Positions 9,220 through 18,391 of a DNA stretch of 20,000 nt are shown here, piece by piece. Under the pieces are notes generated by a model. That model was not told where the DNA came from. It ran no database searches and worked only from the letters and a program-made list of their open reading frames with translations. The stretch comes from Chiloscyllium plagiosum (Eukaryota): contig NC_057757.1 in NCBI RefSeq assembly GCF_004010195.1, positions 6,769,116 to 6,789,115 of the forward strand, written 5' to 3'. Each line of letters starts with the position of its first letter. Position 1 is the first letter of the stretch. The translations under genes and the position numbers were made by a program.

Positions 9220-10521
9220 ACTCTGCTGGCAGCTCACTCCATATGCGTACCACGCTCTGTTTAAAAAATGTCATCCCTCAGGTTCCCTTTTATTCTTTCC
9301 CCATGAACCTTAAACTGATGCCATCCAGTCCTCAATTCCCCAATCCTACGAAAATGAGACTGTGTGCATTGACCCAATCCATGCTGATCATGATCTTATA
9401 CATCACTACAAGCTCACCCCCCCCAGTCTGCAATGCTTTAAAGTTTTAGCTTGTCCAACCTCTCCCGAAAACTCACACCTTTGAGTCCAGGCAACATCCT
9501 TGTAAATTTCGTCTGCACTCTTTCGAGTTTAGTAACAACCTTCCTATAGCAAGGTGAGCAAAACTGTACACAATACTCCAAGTGCGGCCTCACCAACGTC
9601 CTGTATAACTGCAGCATAACTTCCGAAACTCTATACTCAGTGCCCTGACTGATGCAGGCCAGTGTGTCAAAACCGTTCTTCACTGCCCTGTCTAACTAGG
9701 ACTCCACTGAGGGAGAACTGTGCACCTCAACTCCAAGGTCCCTCTCTCCCACTACACTCCTTAAGACCCTCCCATCCACTATGAAACTCCTCCCATGATT
9801 TGACTTTCCAAAAGGCAAGATCTCATCGTTATCAATATTAAACTCCATTTGCCATTTCTCAGCACACCTTCCCAGCTGATCAAGGTCCTGCTGCAATTTC
9901 TGTCCTCACTGTCCATGAATCTGCCTGTTTTAGTGTCATCAGTAAACTTGCTAATCATGCCCTTGTACGTTCTCATCCAAAACATTGATATCGATAACAA
10001 ACAGCAATGGGCCCAACTCCGACCCCTGAGGCATTCCAGTCTGACAAGCATCCTTCCACTATTACCCTCTGCTTCCTGCCACCAAGCCAATTGTGTATCC
10101 AGCTCCCCCTGGATTCCATACGATCGAATCTTCCAGAGCACCCTCCTTTGTGGAACCTTATCAAAGGCCTTCCTGAAATCCATATGGATTACGTCTTCTG
10201 CCCTTGTCAAGTTTCCTGTTGTATTCATCAAAGAGCTCTAACAAATCTGTGAGGCACGGTCTCCCATTCACAACGCCGTGCTCACTACTCCAAATCAAAC
10301 CCTGATTTTCCAAATGCATGTATTTCTTATCCCTCAGAATCTTCTCAAATAACTTACCCACCCCAGATGTTAGACTTTCTAGTCCATAGGTTACACATTC
10401 ATCTTTGCAGCCCTTCTTGAATAATGGCACAATATTCGCTACCCCCAGTCCTCAAGGACCTCACCCATAGCTAACAACGATGCGAAAATGTCAGCCAGGG
10501 CCCCTGCAATTTCTTCTCTAG

Positions 10522-10560
<39 letters not shown>

Positions 10561-11880
10561 TGGTCAGGTTCAGGACAGTTATCAACTTTCATACTTTCTA
10601 ATACATCTAACTCTTTGTCTACTGAGATATGGACTGTCCGCAAGGCATCACCACGAACCCCCACAAATTCCCAAGTCTTCATGTCTTTGTCTATGTTAAA
10701 CACAGAGGAGAAATATTCATTGAGGACCTCGCCCATCTCCTGCGGTTCAACACAGACATGTCCACTTTGTTCCTTGAGGTGCCCTATTCTCTCTCTCGAG
10801 TTAGTCTTTTCCCTTTAATACACTTAAAGTACATTTTCGAACTTGACCTAATTAACTCATCCAGGCTTTCTCGTACTCTCTTTTAGCCCTGCTGGTTTCT
10901 TTCCAGTAAACTCCTGTACCTCCTATGTACCTATATACTGGTTCCCCAGATCCCAGCTGCCGCTACCTGAGACACGCCTACAATTTTCTGGTGAAAGCCT
11001 CAATATCACTTATCATTCAAGGGTCCCTATTCCTGCCAACCATGCTTTTCACCCTCACAGGAACATACACACCAGCAATCTCCCTTTTAAAGGCCTCCCA
11101 CTTGCCGGAGATCCCTGAACCTGCAAACAAACTGCTCCAGTCAACCCGTGTAAGTTCCTGTCTAATTCTATCAGACTTCACCTTCGCCCAATTCAGAACT
11201 TGAACCTGTGGGCAAGTTTGATCCCTCTCCATAACCATTGTGAAATGAATAGAACCATTGACACTGGTCACAAAGTGCTCCCCCACTGCTCTATGTTCTG
11301 CGTCCCCACTGTGACCCGTCCTGCCCTATTTCCCAAGAGGAGGTCGAGGTATGTCCCTTCCTGAGCAGAACCGTTGATATACTGCTTGGGGAAATCTTCC
11401 TGATCGTACTTAACAAATCCCATCCCATCTCAGCCCTTAACGCTATGGCATTCCCAGTCTACGATCGGAAATTAAAATCTACGTCAACCCGATTGCTCCT
11501 GGAAGTCTCCCCAGTCTCCCTGCATATTTGTTCCTCTAATTCCGTTGACTGTTTGGGGTCCTATCGTTCAACTCCAATAACATCACCATCCCCTTATTTC
11601 TTAGCTCCACCCACAAAGCCGAACTGGATGACCCTTCAGTTATTTCATCTCTGATTACTGTTTTGACACTCACCTAAATCAAAAATGAACTCCCCCTCCC
11701 TCCATCCACCCCCTCTGTCCCACCTAAAGCACCAGTACCCTGGTACATTAATCTGCCAGACCTGTCCCTCCCTTAGCCATGTTTTTGTAACGGGTACAAT
11801 CTCCCAGTCCCATGTACCTATCCACTCCCTGAGTTTATCAGCCTTCCCTGTTAGCCCTCTTGGGTGGAAGTAGATGCAAT
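9220..11880 (-). pseudogene. CR1 ORF2 remnant (APE endonuclease + reverse transcriptase), multiply frameshifted
   Basis: CIYFHPRGLTGKADKLREWIGTWDWEIVPVTKTWL (EN start, ~11878); MGEVLNEYFSSVF; PLFKKG..LTSGVGKLFEKI; DVIHMDFRKAFDKVP; ISKFTDDTK (FADD equivalent, ~9929-9955); QQDLDQLGRCAEKWQMEFN; LYRTLVRPHLEYCVQF. Confidence 0.92.
10525..10556. repeat. (TA)16 microsatellite
   Basis: Perfect TA run inside CR1 ORF2. Confidence 0.97.
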
Positions 11881-12017
11881 TTAATCCTCTAGGTATTCCT
11901 CGCTCCCTGTCACGTTCCAGTCTGACCTGTCTCTTCAGTTACCTCTTTCTGATTACTGTATCTCCTTGAGCCTCACACTTGCCTCCCTGCTGTTGGGGAT
12001 CCCACCCCCCTGCCAAT

Positions 12018-12690
12018 CTAGTTTAAACCCTCCCTTGGAGCATGAGCAAACCTGGCCGCCAAGATATTGGTCCCCTTCCAGTTCAGGTGTAACCCATCCC
12101 TCTTGGACAGGTCACTTCTGCCCCAGAAAAGATCCCAATTATCTCAGAATCTCTATCCCTGCCCCTTGCACCAATTCTTTAGCAACACATCCATCTGCTG
12201 TGTCCCCTTGTCCTTCCCCTCATCAGCACGTGGCATTGGAAGTAATCAGGAAATTATCACCAACGAGCTCCTATTTTTTAATGCTTTTCCGTGCTCTCTA
12301 TCATCACGCAGCTGAGCCTCATCCCTACTTCTACCTCTGTCATTTGTGCCAGCGTGAACAATGACTTATGGCTGCTCATTCTCCACCTTGAGAACGTTCT
12401 GCAGTGACTCTGAGACATCCTGGACCTTGGTGCCTGGGAGACAACATACCATCCTGGATTCCCATCAGCACCCACAGAATCCTCTGTCTCTGTCCCCCTA
12501 ACTATCGGGTGTGCTATCACTAAGATCCTGTTTCCCTTTCCCCTTTCCCGCTTTGCCCCAGAGCCAGTGGGATTGCCACTGACCAGGACACTGCTTCGTT
12601 CCCCTATAGAGTAACCCTATCCTTCACATGCCCCCAACAGGGATACTTGTTTGCGAGGGGAATGGCCACAGGGGATTCCTGCCCTAACTG
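12018..12690 (-). pseudogene. CR1 ORF1 remnant (SGNH/GDSL esterase domain)
   Basis: Across frames: QESPVAIPLANKY; IAHPIVRG (GDSIVRG equivalent); MVCCLPGTKVQDVS; VIVHAGTNDRGR; DGLHLNWKGTNILAARFA..GLN*. Confidence 0.85.
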
Positions 12691-12870
12691 CCATCTCAGC
12701 TGCTGTCAGACTGAAATGAAATGTTAAAATGACTTTCCTGGAGCTTCCCTAGACTTTTTACTTAGTCGTTGCTCTCTTAAACCACCCGAGACAGAGCCTT
12801 ACGGCTCACTCTGCCGCCAACACATTGTCCAACAGCACGGCTCTCCCACCCACTCCTTATATGATTTAGT

Positions 12871-13300
12871 TAGAGAGGGAGGGAGGGGGGCATAAATTTG
12901 AGGGAGGGAGTAAACATTTTCAGGGGAAGCAAGGCATTACGAGGCTGGGCGGATGGGAGAAAGAGCGGGGGGAAAGAAAACTTGGGGGAGAGAGCGAACA
13001 TGGATGCTGGGATAAAGAGAACATGGGGGAGGGGAGACAGACAGCAGGGGGAGGGGGCTCTCTTCCCCACAGGGAGGGGACATTGTGGGGAAGAGAGAGC
13101 AAGCTGGGAGGGGAAAGAGTGTGTTGTGAGAGGTGAGACAGGAGAGTGTGGGGAGTGGGGAGAAAGGAGAGTGTGGAGAGGGGGAGATATGAGAGGGCAG
13201 TGAGGGGGAGACAGGAGAGTGTGGGGTAGGGAGAAGGAGATTGTGGGATGGTTGGAAGGAGAGTGTGGGGAGAGGGCGAAGTACAGTGTGGGAAGGGGAA
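12871..13300. repeat. Purine/G-rich low-complexity tract
   Basis: Strongly G+A-biased plus strand with recurring GGAGAGTGTGGGG and GGGGGAGA motifs. Confidence 0.85.
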
Positions 13301-13583
13301 ATGTAGCAGGCCCCTTGTCTGCTAAAACATCGATGCACACGGACAGACATATCCCCAACAACTTACCCATCAAACAAAGGAGGGCCTGGAGAGAAAGGCA
13401 CTGGGGCCTGCGACACAACAAAACCAACAGGAACAAGCCATCCAAACGCCTGATAATGTCCCAGACTATTAACATAGTCAGCATTCTGAGAACCATCGAG
13501 AAAGGAACAAAAACAGGGTCCACCTGCAGATGGATTTCTCAAATCCTCTGGAGGCGTTCCAAGGAGACCAGCGCAACAAGGGG

Positions 13584-13811
13584 CAGAGACCAGCTGATCA
13601 CACAGAGACGAGCTGACCAACCATAGACCAGCTGACCAACCAGAGAACATCTGATCAACCAGAGACCAGCTGGCCAACCAGAGACCAGCTGATCCCCCAG
13701 AGACCAGCTGATCATCCTGAGACCAGCTGATCAACCAGAGACCAGCTGGCCAACCAGAGTGCAGCTGATCATCCTGAGACCAGCTGACCAACCAGAGACC
13801 AGTTGATCATC
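13584..13811. repeat. 19-bp minisatellite, 12 copies (CAGAGACCAGCTGATCAAC), followed by (GA)n to ~13838
   Basis: Units counted directly at an exact 19-bp period with no indels. Confidence 0.95.
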
Positions 13812-14074
13812 CAGAGAGAGAGAGTGAGAGATAGAGAGAATGTGTAAATCATCAAGGGATTCAGGACTTAAGGGGTCAAACAGGATTATATGTAATTAAA
13901 TACAGTAGTTAAAGGGTATTGTAACATGTTTCCTGATGACGAAGGGACTGTGTATATTGCTACTGCCTCATGTTTGTACTGATTTGACTGCTTCAGTATT
14001 GGGGGACAGCTGGGCACATTCATTCATAACATTCCGGTTGGAATTATTGAACATTTTTGAGGAGGAACTAGGCT

Positions 14075-14535
14075 GAAGTGGGTACTGCAGATGCTGGAGA
14101 TTAGAGTCAAAATTAGAGAGATGCTGGCTGTATCTGAGGAGCAAGAAAATTGACATTTTGGGCAAAAACCCTTCATCAGGAATGAGATTGGGAGCCTCAG
14201 GTTTGGAAAGATAAATGGGAGAGGGGTGAGGCTAGGGAGAAGGTAGCTGAGAGGGCGGCAGGTGGATGGAGGTGTGGGTAAAGCTGATAGGTCGGAGAGG
14301 AGGGTGGAGTGAACAGGGGGAAGGAAGATTGACTGGTCATGAGGGCGGTGCTGAGCTGGCAGGTTGGAACTGGGGCAAGGTATCGAGAGGAGAAATGAGG
14401 AAACTGGTGAAGTCCACATTGATGCCATAGGGTAGAAGGGTTCATCCCGTGGCCGAACATTTCAATTCCCTCTCACACTCTGCTGAGAACATGCAGGTCC
14501 TGGGCCTCCTCTATTGCCACTCCCTCACCACCCCA
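14075..14535 (-). mobile_element. Penelope-like element 3' fragment with inverted 5' segment
   Basis: Antisense terminus at 14075-14185. Minus ~14442-14390 reads TLLPYGINVDFTSFLISP. Plus ~14443-14535 reads HPVAEHFNSLSHSAENMQVLGLLYCHSLTTPCLEEERL (PLE GIY-YIG C-terminal part). Confidence 0.88.
14150..14181 (-). ncRNA. Degenerate minimal hammerhead ribozyme motif
   Basis: Minus: TC-CTGATGA-AGGG TTTTTG CCC-AAAA-TG-TC-AA. CUGAUGA and stem II are intact; GAAACGTCGA is altered only at CpG positions. Confidence 0.6.
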
Positions 14536-14740
14536 TGCCTGGAGGAAGAACGCCTTGGACAGCGTTATTGCTGGCAGATTCCAGATTCTGCTTTTGTTAT
14601 TTCATTATCATGTAACCCCCCTCTGTAATCAGGATTACACTTGTTATTGTAATGGGTTTGTTCATTTCCAGAAATGTGAAAAACAGCAACAAAGCCGAGC
14701 AATGCTGTCACCTCGATCTCCCCAAGGAGCTTCCACACAG

Positions 14741-14746
14741 TATAAG
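14741..14746 (+). promoter_or_regulatory. Possible TATA box of the GPCR pseudogene
   Basis: TATAAG about 90 nt upstream of the putative ATG at 14834; position only. Confidence 0.3.
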
Positions 14747-15134
14747 GCAGCGTCTCTGGGAATGCATCAGCTCAGAGTTTCAAACGAGGAGCTTGTCAGC
14801 TGCCTGAAGGGACAGATCACCTCGCACAGGAAAATGCATCCTTGCTTTAACTGGCATCGCAGGTATGGCGGTATAACAATTGAATTTGTTTTAATCTGCT
14901 GCTGATCTGCTCTCTGGTTTTACCATTTGAACAATAACATCTCCAGCTCACTGACTGATCAGCCTTATCCCAGACACCGGGATAGTGATAGTAATTCACT
15001 GAGCAGCATTCTGGGTAAAATTCTACACTGACAGAGATTCCCAACTTCACTGCTGTTGCAGCATTTTCTGGGCCCAGTGTTGTGTCATCTGTTCCAGTTT
15101 CATACGGTTTGAAGGAATGAGGAGGGGTCAGTCA

Positions 15135-15215
15135 GGTTAGTTCTAAAGTAGGGTCACTGGACCTGAGACGTTAACTCTGTGGTCTTTCTCACAGATGTTG
15201 CCAGACCTGCTGACC
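15135..15215 (+). mobile_element. Old PLE terminal fragment (third variant) with hammerhead relic, in the GPCR intron
   Basis: AGTT-CTAAAGT-AGGGTC ACTG GACCT-GAGA-CG-TT-AACT followed by CAGATGTTGCCAGACCTGCTGA. Stems I, II and the ACGT palindrome are retained; the cores are mutated. Confidence 0.6.
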
Positions 15216-15999
15216 TATTTGTGGTTGCATTATGTAAATGAGGCCTGGTTGATCAAGAATTTTGAAGGTTAATGGATGATCTGAGCAAAGGCTGACACAA
15301 TATTAAAAGGAAAAGATAATCCTGTGACTGAGTTGGGATTGAGTTTTCTAATGGGGTTCTGTGCCTTACCTTGCAATCAAACAAAATCATAGAATTCCTT
15401 CTGCTCTCAGAGAAGGGGCTATGAGCTCAGTATCTGCCCAAACTCCAGAATCTTGTGAGTGACTGGGCTGGAGGACAATCTGAGGTGGGTATGAAAGTCT
15501 GAAAATTCAAACTCACTCACCCCCAATCACTTCCAGTCACATTTACACAGGATTTTGGTGGTAAAATCTTATTGTTGCTCTTTGGAACAGGTAGGGGCTA
15601 TTTCTGTTCAATAATTCAGTGCTTCTTTTCCCATTTGTCTCCCACAGTAAATTTTCTGGTGATTACAATCCTTTCGCAGCGAAACTGTGGTGTATACCCT
15701 TGCACTACTCGCTACTTGGTGTTTATGGTAGCTGCTGATCTGATGGTCATTATAACGATGTTATACTGTGGAGAATTCCCTCTTATTATTTCGAGACAGT
15801 TCATTCCAAGTGTGAAAATATGTCTCCGAGCTGTCCTTCTGTACTCTAGGGCACGAGTTGCCCACTTTAATGGTCTTTCCTGAACATCACTCCTCTGTGC
15901 AATGTTATTGTGGCACTGTCTCATGCAGCCAGGGACTGCTCTGTCTGGTTTACCGTCACTTTCTCCTTTTACCGATTTGTGACCATTTGTTGTCAGAAG

Positions 16000-16044
16000 C
16001 TGAGAACAAAATATTGCACTGAGAACAAAATATTGCACTGAGAA
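16000..16044. repeat. 19-bp tandem duplication CTGAGAACAAAATATTGCA causing a frameshift
   Basis: Exact copies at 16000-16018 and 16019-16037, then CTGAGAA. Confidence 0.95.
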
Positions 16045-16708
16045 AACTGCGACTGTGGTTCTGGCAACAACCTGCACGCTGTTCTGTTTGAAAAATATCC
16101 CCTTCTATTTTCAGCATGAGCCTGTGAGGATAATCAACAATGTGCCATTCTACTTAAAACAATGTCAAGCTACTATACTGAGACTTGGTGGGTGGTATTA
16201 GATTGGCTTGATACGGTTTTGACCCCTTTACTGCCATTCGCTTTAATTCTGTTGCTCAATGCTCTGACAGTCAGACACATTTTAGTGACCAGTCGAGTCC
16301 GAAATGTACTGAAGGGTGAGAGCAAAGGAGAGAATCACAGAAACCCAGAGATGAAGAGCAGAAGGAAGGCTGTGATTTTACTCTTTACCATCTCTGGGAA
16401 CTTTATCCTCCTGTGGTTAATCACTGTTGTAGATTTCTTATATTATATCATTCAAGGAATCACACCTGACGATTACACATTTTTTCTTGATAACTTCAGT
16501 GCAGTTGGATTCATGCTGCAGAAGTGTGTGTGTGTCCATGCGTATCACCAGGGCCCTTCATGTTTGGGTCAAATATGACTTTACTCCAGGATTTATTAAG
16601 TATTCAATGATATTTGCTGTTAAGTTTTTTGATTGTGATATCATTGCACAGAGCTTTATTCTGTGTCAAACTCAATGCTTTACCTGACCATGGAGGGAAT
16701 GATAGGGC

Positions 16709-17408
16709 TGAAGATCTGGACCCCCCAGCGGGGTCTCTCGGTTCCACGATTGGTCAATAAGCACTCACAATCGGTCTGGCTGTTTCAGACTTTACTCTTT
16801 GTTTCTTCATACGGCCGGGTGCAGAGTGCCCGGGAACACAGAAAATGAGCACTTCCGTGTTTCTGGACAATCGGCACACACCAACTTAATACAAAGACAT
16901 TTTCATATTTTTATTAAAGCAGGATACAGGACGTGGTATAGTATTAATACATTCAAACAATTACAATTAATAAATGACTTTGCTTCATTGGCAGTGACTT
17001 TGTCCAATGATATTATCTAACTTATCTCCCAATGTTTAGTTCACTTTTATCTCACGACATTGAGCTGCTACACCTGCAACCGAATGTCAGCCAGAAAGGT
17101 TTGTACTTTCTTATCTTGTCGAGTTACTTCTGTATTCAAAAGGGCGCACTGTCTGCTCATCTCTTTTTGCAGCAGTCTGGGGTTAGTTATTTATGCAACT
17201 CCAGCAGAATTAGCAGCTATCATTCTAGAAGCCATTCAAGCAGCTTGAACAGAATAATCAGTTAGCAGCCTGGAAGCCATGTTGTCATGCTAACTTGCTT
17301 CGAGAAGCCATCTTGTTGCCGTCCAAATTACTAAGACCATCCATTAGGCAGTTGCCCCTGACTACAACTAGTCACACTCGTTACACAGGCACAGGTCATG
17401 AGTCTTCA
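16709..17408 (-). mobile_element. Possible solo LTR (ERV-like)
   Basis: Bounded by TGAAGA...TCTTCA. The minus strand ends GGGGGGTCCAGATCTTCA, with AGTAAA ~85 nt and AATAAA ~200 nt before that end, and CpGs are locally retained. No TSD found. Confidence 0.35.
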
Positions 17409-17448
17409 TGTCCTAGCTCAGCTTGAATTCAGGTTTCAGATTCTAGAG

Positions 17449-17545
17449 GAGAGTGTAGAGAGAGATCTTCCTTCTGTCTGTAACTCCATGCTGTCCCTTC
17501 CCTGGTAGTGTTTGATGGGGATATAGTAAAGGGAGCTTTACCACC
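17449..17545 (+). repeat. About 1.3 degenerate units of a shark satellite-like repeat
   Basis: GTGTAGAG..ATCTT..TCTGTCTGTAACTCCATGCTGTCCCTTCCCTGGTAGTGTTTGATGGGGATATAGTAAAGGGAGCTTTAC; resembles a common elasmobranch tandem unit (from memory), and the unit start recurs at ~17523. Confidence 0.55.
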
Positions 17546-17547
17546 GT

Positions 17548-17871
17548 GGGGCGACACAGTGGCTCAGTTGTTCGCACTGCTGCCTTATGGTACCAGGGAC
17601 CCAGATTCAATTCCAGCCTTGGGTGACTGTGCAAAGTCCATCCAGACATTCTCCCTGCGTCTGCATTGGTTTCCTCCCACACTCCAAAAATGTGCAGTTT
17701 ATGGTGAATTGCTTATAGTGTTCAGTGATGTGTAGGTTGGGTGCATTAGTCAAAGGCAAATATAGGATAATAGAGAGGGGAATGGGTCTGGAGGGTTTAC
17801 TCTTTGGAGGGTCGGTGTGGACTTGTTGGGCCGAAGGGCCTGTTTCCACACTGTTGGGGTTCTAGGAATCT
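17548..17871 (+). mobile_element. HE1-type SINE
   Basis: GGGGCGACACAGTGGCTCAGTTG..CACTGCTGCCT..GGGACCCAGATTCAATTCC head, TTTCCTCCCACACTCCAAAAATGTGCAG core, GACTTGTTGGGCCGAAGGGCCTGTTTCCACACTGT tail. Confidence 0.9.
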
Positions 17872-17889
17872 CATGTCATATGCAAACAT

Positions 17890-18168
17890 TGTGCTCCTCA
17901 TCTTTTTTGAATCTCTCTTCTCATACATTTAAAGCGTGCCCCATTCTCTTGAAATCCCCATCCTTGAGAAAAGACAACTACCATTAACTTTAGCTATGCC
18001 TCTTATTATTTTATAAATTTCTACCAGCTCGCCTTTCAATCTGCTACATTCCAGGACAAAAAGATCCCAGGCATTCTTTATAACTCTAACCTTCGATTTC
18101 TGGCAACATCCAGGTAAATCTCTTGTGAACACTCTTCAGCTTAATAATATCCTTCCTATCACCGGGCG
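17890..18168 (-). mobile_element. CR1 LINE ORF2 C-terminal fragment
   Basis: Minus: RKDIIKLK..RFTWMLP..DLFVLECSRLKGELVEIYKIIRGIAKVNGSCLF. Confidence 0.85.
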
Positions 18169-18335
18169 TTGGTCATTACAAAGCTCCAGTTTTGGAATTA
18201 TATTTTAAGCTTTAGTGGACCTGATATTTTAACCCTTCCTCGCCCTCCCTACACAGAAGCTTTTGGAAATACTCAGCTATTATTTCAGTTTCCAGTGTAA
18301 GCAGTGTCTAACTGTTTGAACAGAACAATTCCGAT

Positions 18336-18391
18336 GCATTTCCCATGGCCCAACCCACCCAGTCTGCACATCCCTGGGCACTGTGGACAAT
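18336..18391 (-). mobile_element. Short HE1-type SINE fragment
   Basis: GCATTTCCCATGGCCCAACCCACCCAGTCTGCACATCCCTGGGCACTGTGGACAAT aligns to 272-328. Confidence 0.7.

Larger units (their letters stand above)
7968..12855 (-). mobile_element. Nearly full-length decayed CR1 LINE (HER1-like) with nested insertions
   Basis: 3' tail at ~7968-8020, ORF2 remnants at 9220-11880, ORF1 esterase remnants at 12018-12690, and a possible 5' UTR at 12700-12855 (5' boundary uncertain). All segments are collinear on the minus strand. Confidence 0.9.
14834..16524 (+). pseudogene. GPR139-like: GPR139-like class A GPCR pseudogene (putative exon 1 14834-14862, exon 2 15648-16524)
   Basis: The acceptor TTTTCCCATTTGTCTCCCACAG precedes (V)NFLVITILSQRNCGVYPCTTRYLVFMVAADLMVII / DVILWRIPSYYF / SFLNITPLC..DCSVWFTVTFSFYRFVTICCQKLRTKYCT / KTATVVLATTC..KNIPFYF / DWLDTVLTPLLPFALILLLNALTVRHILV..PEMKSRRKAVILLFTISGNFILLW..VGFML. 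This resembles the GPR139/142-like family expanded in sharks. It has frameshifts, in-frame stops and a TM7 truncation. The exon 1 assignment is less certain. Confidence 0.88.

Noticed and set aside
12870..13791. Pro/Ser/Leu- and Gly/Glu/Arg-rich ORFs
   Set aside because: Low-complexity and minisatellite translation.
15546..15647. Alternative exon 1 with donor GGAACAG|GTAGGG at 15591
   Set aside because: It implies a 57-nt intron, very short for a vertebrate, and I found no in-frame ATG nearby; 14834-14862 fits better.
16162..16578. 138-aa ORF as an intact GPCR
   Set aside because: Only TM5 to partial TM7 of a frameshifted pseudogene, with an unrelated C-terminus.
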